This document shows positions 49,376 through 61,377 of a DNA stretch of 64,000 nt, piece after piece. Each line of letters begins with the position of its first letter. Positions within the stretch are counted from its first letter, which is position 1. Origin of the DNA: Chlorokybus atmophyticus (Eukaryota > Plantae > Mesostigma and Chlorokybus algae); the NCBI GenBank assembly GCA_009103225.1, contig RHPI01000277.1, positions 394,074-458,073 on the forward strand. The letters are read 5' to 3'. A program made the position numbers and the translations under genes. The notes beneath the pieces are model-generated. The model was given only the letters and a program-made list of their open reading frames with translations. It ran no database searches and was not told where the DNA came from.

Positions 49376-50537
49376 TGGTTAATAGCCAGTTGCTTGAGAT
49401 GCAGGCAGTAAACTAGGTTTAATGATCTGTCCCAAGTGCTTGTAATGACACATGCATAGCAAGCACATGACAAGCCGCCACTTTTTGATATTAAAAAAAT
49501 GGAGGAAAATGCTTGTACAAGTACATGTGAAGTTCAACATGCTTACCGATGTGTTGCATGCAATGACTGAGTTGCAAAATAAGCACAAAACCTTGAGTTT
49601 AGTGGTGATGGTGCCAAAATATCATGGCCCATGGTTAAAGCATACTCGGGGGGGTACTGTGTTAAAATATTTCAGCAAGCGTGCAACAGGGACAGTACGA
49701 TTGTCAGCAATTCTTATCAACCCCCGCATTGGTCACGGACTCTTGGCCACCTTTCAGGGACGAGTGGTACCTTTGTTGTGGACATTTGGTGGCACAATGC
49801 ACGGTGTAAATAGTTTGTCCTTGATTGACAGTGGTGCGATACACAACTTCGTTGAGAAACAATGGGTTGTGCGCAATAAAATAATGTGTAAACCCTCAGC
49901 ATTTTTAGCTGCCGATGCTGGGGGTGCGTTGCCAGTGAAAGGAGAAAAATGAAAATAAAAATTGGTAGTTATCATGCCAACCTCACCTTTATAGTTGTGT
50001 CCATCAACATGGTTGGTGTTGATGAGGTTCTAGGACAAGAATGGCACAATAATAATATTGAAATGACATTGGATACTGGTGCACAATTGTGCACAGTGAA
50101 TAAGGGCCGTAAGCGTGTGACGCTGTCTGTGATAGGGTCACATAGCTTGGAACATAAGCAAACTGGCCCCGCGCTTCTCATTGCGCTGCAAGTGAAGCGT
50201 GCATTTCGTAAAAACACACCAGCTTTTCTGGTGCACTTAACGTCGTCCGGCGACTTTGTGCCGGGCAATACGGAAGGTGCTGCAGACATCAATGATAAGT
50301 ATTGAAACATATTCTCATATGAGTTTACATGCTTACCCCCTGAGCGAGGTGTTGGCCAATATATAGGGTAAGCCCCAATGAGAGGGAGGAAATGGAAACA
50401 GAAATGAAAGAGTTGTTGGAAAAGGGATTGATTAAACCAAGTTCTTCACCCTTTGGCGCACCCATCTTGTTTATGGTGAAAACGAATGGGAAATTGCGCA
50501 TGTGTGTAGATCATCGTGCTTTGAACAAGATTACGGT

Positions 50538-53500
50538 TGTATCGGAGTGCTACCGCTATGCGGTTCCCCGCCCTTATTCAATGAGAAATAAGGGTTCAAG
50601 TTGGGATAAACACAGCCATCAAAGTCGTATTAAGGCCTTCATAGACCCTAATAAGGTGTTATGTTATGTAACATTGATATCGACTTGAGACATGAGTCTC
50701 AAGTCGATATCGGCCGCATGGCGGTGCTGCTAACGCAGCGACCGCCATAGCCAGGGGATCTTTTGATCCCCTGGCTGCCAGCGGCGGCGGTGGCGACGTT
50801 GCTGTGGTGGTGGTGTTGGGGTAGGGGATTGAAGGGGGCGGTAGCACCCCCTTCTTACATTTGATTTAGGGTTGGAACGTGGGGGCCTGGGGGGGCGGCA
50901 ACGGCTTTAGCGGCGGCGGGGCGCAGAGGCGGCAGTTGACACTGCTCAGTGCCGCTGTCAGGCCGGCGGCCTGACAGCGGCGGCAGCGGCGGCAGCGGGC
51001 AGCCGCTACCCATGGGTGGCCACTAGGGTGGGTAGTGGTAGTTGTTAGCTAGTTGTTGTTATTGTATAGTTGTATAGTTGTATAGTGCTGCTGTTGGTGT
51101 AGCCTAGCCTTGCCTTGCCTTGCCTTGCCTTGCCTTGCTTGCTTAGCCTACCCTAGCTTGCTTGGCCTAGCCTAGCTTGTTAGTGTGAAGGGGAGGCGGT
51201 CACTCAGGTAGCCTCACCTCAAGTATTGCATCCCAGCACATCACTTGTAATTGTCACATTATTACTTGTGAGTGTGCTCATGGTTGGGGCTGCCACCACG
51301 TGAATTCGTGGTGGTGTAAGGAAGGGTTGTGGTTGTTTACACTTCTCCCACCTCAAGAAAACAGTCTAATGCCAACTTTGGCTGTTTTTGCCGCCATTTA
51401 GTGCGGTAGGGCCGCCAGATTCATTTCAGACGGTCGATATCAAACTCACAACTTGTTGATATCAGCCTATAGGGTTGATTCAACGAGAGTTTGGCACCTT
51501 TTGTGTCATTTACAATTGTGCGTTGAGCAGGGTTGTACAAAGTGAAAACTTTGAGGTGTTGTTAACTCAAAGTTTGTTGTAGCTTGTGAACCATCGCGTA
51601 GTTTCGCGTACGATTTGTTAAAAACGAGCGTCTTGTTAAGAGGTGTGTGTTGGGCAGTCGTTTTACGTGATGTTTAGCCCAATTATAGCACCTTGAAATC
51701 AACAAGAAAGAAATAACAAATTTTGACACTTTTAGAGTGCTCAACTCGTGTGCGTGTGCACTCGTGCATTTGCAACTTATTGACGGCTTGTCTCCTTGGG
51801 CAGATGTCTTACCAAGGAGAGGAAGGTGGGATGTATCCCGTTCGTGAGGATTCATCCTATGAGCCATCAAGTGATGAGGAAGCGAAACACTTGGAGACGA
51901 GTGGTAGTTACAATGTCAGTGAGGAGGAAGAAGCTCTTCCTCCTCACTGACATTGTAACTACCACTCGTCTATAAGTCCAAGAGTAGTGAAGCTTCTTTA
52001 AAGAAGTCCTCTCATGACGAACAACCTATGGACGCTCAGCATCATCGGGGCGGCCATAGCAAAGTACGCATCAGAGCGTGAGGCTCTTCTTGTTGCACAC
52101 CCCCAGCTTCGCAAGGAAGTGTTAAATGAGTGGGCGCAGCAAGTCCGTAACGCATATAAGAAGGACTTCGCGGCACTCCCGCGCGCAAGCAAGGAGATGG
52201 TAATTCGCATGATTGAGCACGAGTTGACGCGTAATGTACCGCAACTCATGCACACAGATCCAGCAGTGGCCACTCTTATGGCCACTTATAACAAATCAGG
52301 CCCATATGCAGCCCAGAGGATAGCGTTCGAGGCTTTCACCTTATTAATGGTGGAAACTCAAAAGCGTTGCAAGGACCTCTTCTGGTACTTAAGGCCTGAG
52401 CTGGAGGAGAAGTTAGCTCGAGGAGAGCGCTTGACTGCACCTCGATGCTATATAGTCCCAATTGGTGGCATCACGCCAGCGGGTGGCCGGGGCTACCACA
52501 ACTGTAGCAGGGACATCATTTGGCCTACCCGTCACAGCGCTGAACAAGCCCGAGAAGTTTAAGCCCAATGGGGCTGTGAACATTCGTGAATTGGGTGGTG
52601 AGTGTGAAGCGCTACTTGGCTGCATTTCAGCGACCAGTTAGTGAGCATACATCTGTTGCTGAGTTGCTCATGCCACCTAACGCTTTGGCTGAGTGGGCAC
52701 ATCAAATAGAGGATGGTGCTTCCACTGTGGAGGCATTGTTTCAGTTCTTGGTGGAGCGCTATGGTGGCATGGACCCGACTACTGCTGCTCGCAAGCTTAC
52801 CAAGTTGCGACAGAATGGTCGGGCGGCTTCAGTGTACTTGCAGGAGTTTTAGGCACTTGTTGGCCGCGTCAATATTGGGCTCATGCCCATGGACAAGGCT
52901 GAGCAGTTTGACCGGTACAAGCGGCTTGGATGCGCGCTTGCGCGACCAGTTGCAGTACAACATGTCGACGGGGCAACCATGGGTTCCCGCGGACCTCGCA
53001 ACCTTGCAGAGGTTGAGTGTGTATCTGTTCAACAATGATGCTGCGACTGTGCAGGACAAGTCACAGGTGGTGGCTTCAGTCAAGCCACATGGGGGAGGGG
53101 GAAGCGGTTCCCTCCACCAAGTGCGCATGCGGCGAAAAAGGCCAAGACCTCATACGCACCTGCGAGTGGTGCTACGCCTATTGCAGCACGCGCCTGCTAT
53201 GTGTGCCATCAGCCAGGTCACATTGCGAAGAACCGCCCAACCAAGGGAAGGGCAAGGCCAAGAAGGTTGAATAGGATTACGTCGTGACTGATGTACCTTC
53301 ATCTGATGGCCAGTTGCTAGTGTTACATACAACAAATTGGATTGAATGAATTGTCTCGTGTGCATGTAATGACGCATGCATGGCAAGCACATGATAAACT
53401 GCCAGTTTTCGATAGTGAAAAAGTGGATGACAATGCTTGTGCTAGTGCATGTAGAGTTTAACATGCTGATAGAAGTTTTGCGCACATTGTGTAAGTTACA

Positions 53501-54423
53501 AAATAAACACACGACACTGAGTGTGGTTGTCATGATGCCCAAATATCAAGGACCGTGGCTCAAGCATATTCGGGGGGGAACTGTGTTGAAACAATTCACA
53601 AAGCGTGAGACGGGGACAGTGCGGTTGTCATCAATATTACTTAACCCACGCATCAGTCACGGAATCTTGGCTACCTTTCAAGGGCGAGTAGTACCTTTAT
53701 TGTGGACCTTCACAGGCATGGCACAGGGTATTACTAGCTCGTTCTTGGTTGACACTGGGGCAACGCATAACTTTGTCGAAGAAAAAATGGTTATGCGCAA
53801 TAAGATAGCGTGTAAACCCTTAGACTTCTCAGCTGCTGGTGCTGGGGGTGCGTTATCGGTAAAAGGTGAAATGGAAAGGGTATAATGTTTAACACAACAC
53901 GTGGGAACCCGAAAGGAATCTTACCAACTGCCAGGAGATTCTTCGGGCGTACTGGAGTGATGTGTCCGCACGCGGATAGTAAAAGGGTGCTGGCATACAT
54001 CTTTACCGCTTCGGCCCTGGTTCTTTTCTTACTTAGGTTTTCCGTGTGCACGGTGGGGCCTTGCTAACCCTTCAATGAGGACATAAAAACCTAAGTGGGG
54101 GGGAATGTACCGAAGTGCTACCGCTATGCGGTTCCCCGCCCTTTTTTTAATGAGAAATAAGGGTTCCAACGGGATAAAAACAGCCATGAAAGTCGTATTG
54201 AGGCCTTTAAAGGCCCTAATAAGGTGTTATGTTATGTAACACCGATATCGACTTGAGACATAAGTCTCAAGTCGATATCGCGCCGCATGGCGGCGCTGCT
54301 AACGCAGCGATCGCCATAGCCAGGGGATCTTTCGATCCTCTGGCTGCCAGCGGCGGCGACGTTGCTGTGGTGGTGGTGTTGGGGTAGGGGATTAAAGGGG
54401 GCGGTAGCACCCCCCTTCTTACA
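50538..54423 (+). mobile_element. Internally deleted (non-autonomous) chromovirus with two LTRs
   Basis: LTRs 50538-50859 and 54106-54423; perfect TSD ACGGT; G-rich PPT before 54106. gag 52014-53275 with knuckle CYVCHQPGHIAKN(R) at 53195; protease FLVDTGATHNF joined directly to chromodomain VKWKGY..HNTWEPE..L; no RT or integrase. Confidence 0.95.
51106..51140. repeat. (CCTTG)n microsatellite in the chromovirus leader
   Basis: Direct. Confidence 0.9.
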
Positions 54424-54978
54424 ACGGTAAAGAATCGATACCCGTTATTGCGGATTGATAATGTGTTTGATAAGCTATTAGGTAATGCGTATATTAGTAC
54501 GCTAGACTTGACAAGTGGGCATCATCAGATCCGAATTCGCCCTTCTGATATCCACAAAACGGCATTCAAAACACCCTCACTCCTAAAATTAGGAAACTTG
54601 GCCTTGACTGCCAGTGTTACAGTGCTACACTATGGGTGCCGTTCAGGTTTTATCACATGCACGCACGCACATGCGCTCCCGCATGCAGGTATGCACGCAC
54701 ACACACACACTCACACACGCTCTGGTGCACTTTGGGTGCAGATCTTGTTAAGCGTGAAGGCAAGCTACAAGCAGTGCTGCAACTAGTCAAGTTACAATGA
54801 ATACATTGCAACATGCGACACATGTCACCGGTAATGAATCTACCCTTGAATCACGTGCACGTGTGCGTGTGTATCTTTGTGTGCATGTCTCTCTGTGTTC
54901 TCTTGGATCACTCATGAGTTGTGCGCATTTGTGCAAAGGCTTGTTGCCATATGACGGCAAATGGTTTAGCAACAGGAG

Positions 54979-55338
54979 ATGGAGATCTTCCAGCGATACC
55001 AGCATTACCAGCAATCTAGCAACATTCGACACCATTGGCGATATCACGTCAACCTGTTCCACCAGATACACCAAGCGAATACCAGGTTGTCATTAATTGT
55101 CACCCTCGCACTTACTGTAGCGGCTTACATCCATTCCGCACGTGGGCACATAAGTCAGCCCAACATCATGTTCTACTCAGAATTGGATGACGTCGGCCAC
55201 CAAGCTGTCACTGTATATGCGACTAGAGACATCAAGGCAGGGGACGAGCTACTCTTAAACTACACCCCTGTCCTTGCGCCAGACGGGCCGACAGACAAAG
55301 AATGCATTGCTGCATGCTCAGATTACATGCCTTGTTAG
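54979..55338 (+). CDS. SET-domain lysine methyltransferase (C-terminal half; probably an exon or pseudo-exon)
   Basis: AAYIHSA....PNIMF...VTVYATRDIKAGDELLLNY matches the SET pseudoknot motifs (NHS..PN; RDIxxGEELxxxY). The N-terminal GxG part was not located. Confidence 0.8.
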   Translation: MEIFQRYQHYQQSSNIRHHWRYHVNLFHQIHQANTRLSLIVTLALTVAAYIHSARGHISQPNIMFYSELDDVGHQAVTVYATRDIKAGDELLLNYTPVLAPDGPTDKECIAACSDYMPC

Positions 55339-56401
55339 TGCAAGACTGTTAATGCAAGACTGTCAATGACTCAACGACTGTCATTGTGACACTGAAAGCT
55401 AACTTGCCTTCTTTGCTTGCAGACCCAACTGCGGCAAAAGGAGGGTGCGGCGCAAAGGCTTGCGAGGGATCGAATGCTGGCCATGGAGGACGCTATGTGG
55501 CAAATTACCAGCAAGCTATTAAGGCAGCCGGGCAAAATTGCCATTACATAGTCCATGCGGTTGGTCTAGCGTGTCTTTAGCATGCCCAATGCGGATACAA
55601 AGACAAGAATGGTGAGTTGCACTGACAGTGTTCCCACAAAGACAAGCTCTCTGACAGTCTCATCAATAATCTGTTGTTTGCATGCCTGTCTCAGTGAACT
55701 TGCATGCACTGTGACATGTATGCTAAAAACCAAATTCATGTGCATGTGTCAACAGATGAATTCTGAAGCCCATATTCAACGTAAATTATTTGTTCATTGC
55801 TGCCTACGAAATGAAACAGGCCGCAAACAGACAAGTAGACGTAGACCTTAAACAAGTCTTTAAGGGCTTAGACCTACGGATTCAACAAGAGGTCGTGATT
55901 AAGGTACATCAGCATGTGGTGCACCTTTCACTTCACACATATTACCGAATGCCAGCGAGTGCAGACAGTGTGCCACGGTTTTAGTGCTGCTTGCTAGCAT
56001 CACACCACACACAATGTCGACGTGTTTGGCTGCCGCCTCGGCAAAGTGCTGTGCAAGGAGCCCGAGTTTTTCTATTGCGTGCAGTGCGTGTGCAAATCGT
56101 GCTCGCGCTCATGCTTCGAGTGGCGAGGGGAACCCATGCGCTTCTTCACATGGACATCATCGGGACATGTGGTTAGTGGACAGGTGGTGGATGCTGTGGA
56201 GGTTTCTATGGCAGTGTGGACAGCGACGTATCACAGCATGTCATGTTGGGCGTATGCTTATTTCATGCATGTTGAAGCTGTTGGCGCATTCAGAGCAGTC
56301 TTCCACGGTGTGGGCGTGGGCAGTTCCACCCCCTGGCCGCTGTAGAGGAGGCAGACCATCAACCATTGGACAGCGCACTGCATCGGCTGCGGAACGCAAT
56401 T

Positions 56402-57565
56402 AAGTTGGGATGCGAGCAGCTGATCGGTGTAAGTGTCATGGTGCAGTGGCCACTGGATGGGGAATGGTATGCGGGCGTTGTGGAATCATTCAAGCAAATG
56501 TCAGCATCGCTTCTTGGCGTGCGAAAATGAGGACGCATCATACATGCATGGTGCAATGGAAATGGCTTTGCAGTGCAGCACCGTATAGTATTTGATGACG
56601 GTGATCGACAACAAACCATCAACTTCAAAGGGCACAACGTATTCGCGTACACATCAGTTAACGGAGCACGCCATAGTCTACGCGCCGAAGGGGAGAATGT
56701 CAGTCGCAAAGTAAGCCCAGACGGCATCATTGTTAGTCCCTGGAACGCACCACGGCCAGCCTTGACCATATACACACCATTTGATAACAAGCTTGGAAGA
56801 ACACGCAGATCAAGGGCACTCGACCTGTTCTGCGACGGCGGCAGTGCCAGTGTCGGTTTATATCATGCAGGCTTTGACGTGACCGGGATGGACATAAGTC
56901 CCTCCTTTGAGTAGCCGCTGCCCTTTATACACTGCGATGTATGCACTGTGAGTGCGGGAGAGCTTACCGAGTACGAGCTCATATGGGCCAGTCCACCATG
57001 CCAGGCCTATTCAGGTGCTAACCCGGCACCTCAACGGGCGGCACATGGCACATCCTGGAGACACCAGGACAGGATACTGCTCGTCCGACATTTGCTGCTT
57101 GCAAGCCAGGTCAAGTTTGTGATTGAGAATGTGCCAGGAGCAGCTTTCTCATTCAGACCCAATCTGTTCCTTTGTGGCACGATGTTTGGCCTATCAACTT
57201 TCCGACACCGTCGGTTTGAGACACAGCCAGTGGTAGCTACCCCACCAACACGCTGCTCGCACGTGGGCAAGGTGGTTGGACTACTATCGCCGCACCTGTC
57301 CGCTAGCGCGAAGAAGACACTCGTGACATAAAACGCGCCACAGCAAATGTACCCGGTCTATGGCCTTTCAAGCACTAAGGGCGGCATTGCTGCATGGCAA
57401 ACAGCGCTGAGAGTGCCATGGATGACCTCGGCCGTTACCATAGCGAATGCAATTCCTCCCGCTATGGCGGAGTGCATAGGGCGTCCCATGCTTGAAACAA
57501 TGGATATGCGCTGTGACTACCCTCCTCATGGAATTATGAGGCTTGAGTGTGGTGCACTATATTGA
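56402..57565 (+). pseudogene. Tudor-like domain followed in the same frame by a prokaryotic/phage-type DNA (cytosine-5) methyltransferase
   Basis: LIGVSVMVQWPLDGEWYAGVV...HRIVFDDGD (Tudor). Then LDLFCDGG (motif I, G>D) 56819, WASPPCQ (IV) 56990, VIENV (VI) 57125, LCGTMFGL..RHRRFE (VIII), PWMT...AIPPAMAECIG (X). In-frame stops TGA 56528 (probable intron), TAG 56912, TAA 57329. Confidence 0.9.
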
Positions 57566-57883
57566 TGCTTCATGCCACACGGCGGACTGATTGTTGAATG
57601 TTGCATTTAACATTCGACTGTGGTGACAGTCGTGCAATGACAGCTGCCCGGTATTGTACACGTCCACATGCAAAAGTCTTAGCATACGATTAGCAATGCC
57701 TACCTGACCGATATGCTCCAAACTCAAAGTAGTGAGACAAGTACACGTGTCACGTGGCAGTGCGGTGAACGTTCACCCAATACTTGCCCTTTTGTGCACG
57801 GGCGCTGTCCTTGTTAACATGGGGAGCAGCTGGACAATGCATTTGACTTGCTCTAGAGTCACGACATTGAGATGTGGACCCCC

Positions 57884-60849
57884 TCAACACTTTTCCCATT
57901 CAAGAGCGATGCACTTTGTGTCGCTCGTAACATCCAGCTTCGTGTACCAGCGGACAAACACGACCTCCTTCCACACGCGCTTGCCGCTACCACCCCACAC
58001 CACCACACGCAAAAAAAAGAGTGCATAAGCCCACCACGTCACGTTCACACCGTGCTCATCACCTTCCAACTCAAATGTAGAGAACCAAGGCCCATGGAAC
58101 ATCCCAGTTGCGCGCGCCATGCGGACTCCTGATGTCATGTACACCGCTGCGCTTCCGTTCACCACGCGAACAGCACGCCACCCGTCGGCCAACTCCAATT
58201 GTTCCCTCCTTAACCGGTTGTCCGGGGTGGCAGGCAGCTTGTCGGCGAATGGAGTTTTTAGGGCGACTTGGCGGCTACGCGCGGTGCCGCTCAAGTATGG
58301 GTTGAACTCCCTCCTTGTCAGCACATCCATGCATAGCAACTTGTCCGTCTTCTTCATTACATTACAGCACTGCTGCCGCGCCTGCGCCATGACCGAGCGC
58401 ATCTTAAGATCCACGACCATGCCATCCTCTTTCACATATTCCGCACAGCTCCATGCCTTAAGGATACGCGCCCGGTAGTCCCGGTTATTGCCACCACGCG
58501 CCCACTGTTTGATGTTTTTGGCGTGCGTCTGCTCCATGCGGTTGGCGCTGAATCAATCTAGATGTCCACAGCTGACAAATACCGGCCCAAAATAAGTGAG
58601 TTGATGCATCTTCTCGCTCATCCAACCTAACTTCTGTGCAGAAAATGACAACAGCAACGGATGCAACACTGCAAATACAAAGGCAGCTAGCTCGTTGTCG
58701 GCTGGTCAGCGTCTCTCTTGTGTGTTCATGCGTTGAGCAACTTCCTGTTCCACTGGGCAAGTAATGCGGCAACAATGGTAAAGAAATCGTTGCCCTAACT
58801 GTCGAGCAACAAACCGTCTGCAAGGATCGGCAGCAGCTACAGCACCGCCACTTTCTCCACCACGTGAAAGGAGTGGTTGGACTGCAAAAAATCTATTGTG
58901 CTTGTGGGTGCCTTGAAGTGCGAAACCCGTAAAGTCGCCTTGCATGCATTCAGCCTGTGCACATTTGCTTGTAAGCATGTGTCATTGGCTTTTGTGTTCA
59001 AAAAAAAAAGCAACATTAAAGACGTGCCTAGCCTGCAGAATCTGTCTCGTAGATGGACACATGCGTTCCTTCACAGCGTCGTACACAGCAGCAAGCAGGT
59101 GGTTAATGATGCCTCCTAGCACATGCACTGCGTTAGGGGCAAGACGAGAGTAGCAGTCAGCTCCCGGCACCCGCGACTGTCGCCAACCCCACAGTGCATT
59201 CTGTTGCTGAACGACATTGCCTGGTTACACGGAAAGCCATTCATCCTCACGAATGCTGGTAATTTGACCATTACCTCCTCGACATGCATGGAGTGCTGCA
59301 CTTTGAAAGCCTTGGCTGTCCAGCGTGCATTCCTAACACGCAGTGCAGGTCCGCCCGCAGCTGACGTATTGCTTGTGTGTAGGAAGCCTCGGTTCTCAAT
59401 TCTTGATCCTCATCCATCTCCAATAGATCTGATTTGATGACGAGACAAACATCGCAAGTATGTTATGTTTGGTTGCCCGACACAGTGCGTGCGAGTGTGG
59501 CAGTCTTCTGCAACACGACAAACTCAGATGCTCCACTGACAACAAAAATCCTCCATGCACTATTTGCCGGCAGGCGACATCCGGTTACAACCATATGGTG
59601 CATGCATGCCCACTGCCTGCAAGTCGAAGTCGAGGATGTAGTTGACAAGCGCGAGAAACACACAACGCTCGATGGCATTTGGGTCGATGAGCTGCAGACC
59701 TTCCCAGCTCGCCCGCTTCACATCCCCTGACACTACATTCAAAGCGTCATGAAAAATCTCACGCTTCCGAATTGAGAACGATTCCTTGCCCTGTGCCCAC
59801 GTGGGATGCCCGGCCACTGCATGAACCATCGACAGGAGCGCTATCATAACAACCCCCATGGTGCTAGCATACATGTCTCAGCTGTAGTTGGCAAGCGATG
59901 CCATCAGAGGGTAGCCAGAGCGCTTGCCCGCACTGTTTAGCATGGTCTTGTCACTGTACAGAATGGCAGGCGCCAAGTGGGACGCATCCCCCACCTCTCT
60001 CCTCAAATCCACCTCCACATCCCTCCACCATTCGCCCGTGGAAGGATGCCAAAGCTGTGCTCGTCACCACCGTTCCAAACGTTGAAGCCATTAGCGGCAT
60101 GTGGATTGCCATACAACCGCGCAATTCATACCTGCTCCGACCCAAAGCATTAACAGGCATGCTGGCCTCAGATTAGATACTGCATAGATGCTGCATTAGA
60201 TACTGCATGTCACAGACCTTGGCCGGCATATATGTAATGCTGATGTCCTGATCCTCAGGGTCTCCAGGCTTGCGCAGGTCAGCCGTCACGTAGTTTTGAT
60301 ACGGCAGCACACTTGCATGTGCATATGTGACATGGCTTTGATGGTTGAAGCACATGCACCGCACACCGTGAACACACCTTGGACATGAGAGAAAGCAATT
60401 GTGCTCTGGAGGTAGCTAGCCACATGCACACCGGTCTCCCACTGGAGCTATTCCGACAGGCCTTAACCGTTGTTGCACTGCATGAATGCTACTACAAGAG
60501 CATGCTCTGAGCCATACCATCTGGATTCCAATGCGTGCGAACGGACGCCTCCACTTTCATGCTGGCGTGCCACAGGTTTCTCAGGCACACGTACACATCA
60601 AAAGCCCTCATTCACTTCCTCCTTCTCCTGTTGCTGATGTGCGTGTGTCTCCTTGAGGGGTCCTTCAGCATCAAGCATGTGCGCATCCTGGATCGAACTC
60701 CCCGGTTCAACACGACCCGCATTGTACTGTAATGGACGCTGGCCGACATACAGCTTGATTTGCTTGCACACCCTGCTGCTGACAATGTGCATATAGACCG
60801 AGCTGCGTGTGGCGAAGCGCACGTGGCAATACGGACAAAGGACTCCCAT
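57884..60849 (-). pseudogene. Plavaka transposase (CMC/CACTA-related), copy 2, spliced and decayed
   Basis: N-terminal C2H2 CPYCHVRF...H; LYGNP; HPSTGEWW; APAILYSDKTMLNSAGKRSGYPLMASLAN; REIFHDAL; GLQLIDP..ERCVF..YILD; HAKNIKQWARGGNNR; VFVRWY. Confidence 0.82.
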
Positions 60850-61377
60850 AGCTCACTACTGACTTCAATACAGGTGTCGCCAATGTAACTTGCATCATCA
60901 TATCCAGCAACACGCACCGCCGCCGCCGCCGCCGCTACCCTTGCATGCCATACGCGGGAAACTTGGCCGCTAATCACTGGCGTGACGGCTCCGTCGTACC
61001 ACTGCTATGGTATGATCGAGTCGTTGCACGTCCGAGGTGGGGTGAGTCTGCACAGATATCCTGATTGAACCGCTTCAATAGTACGAAGATGCCTTTGCCA
61101 AAAGGTACCGTTTCAATGACACCTTTGTACAGTGGCAATGGCAGTTCGTAGCATTGACAAGTGCTGGCAATGCTAGTCCCTGCGCATGAAAATACCATCA
61201 ATGGCTACGTAAAGCTATGCCCAATAGGGCGGTGATGACGAGGGTATGTGGCATTTGGTCGATCGTTGGCGGCGCTGCCAGGGGCGTAGTGGGCGTTGTG
61301 GTCGAGGTCCGGGATGAATCTCATCTTCGCAGGGCGGGCAAGGTGCCGGTGGGGTGTCCATAGTGTAAAACCCCACC

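Larger units (their letters stand above)
49376..54577 (+). mobile_element. Fragment of an outer chromovirus pol (methylase-like region, protease, RT N-terminus) at 49376-50537 and 54429-54577, split by a nested relative
   Basis: LIDSGAIHNF, PSSSPFGAPILF, LRMCVDHRALNKITV|[28 protein letters not shown]. Confidence 0.9.

Noticed and set aside
30648-57331. Alternative genetic code (TAA/TAG = Gln) explaining in-frame stops in the transposase and MTase
   Set aside because: Conserved PIF1 exons read without TAR codons. Several stops fall at non-Gln positions (e.g. likely Tyr at 56912, Glu at 41258 by comparison with Copia 4) and co-occur with frameshifts, so ordinary decay explains them.
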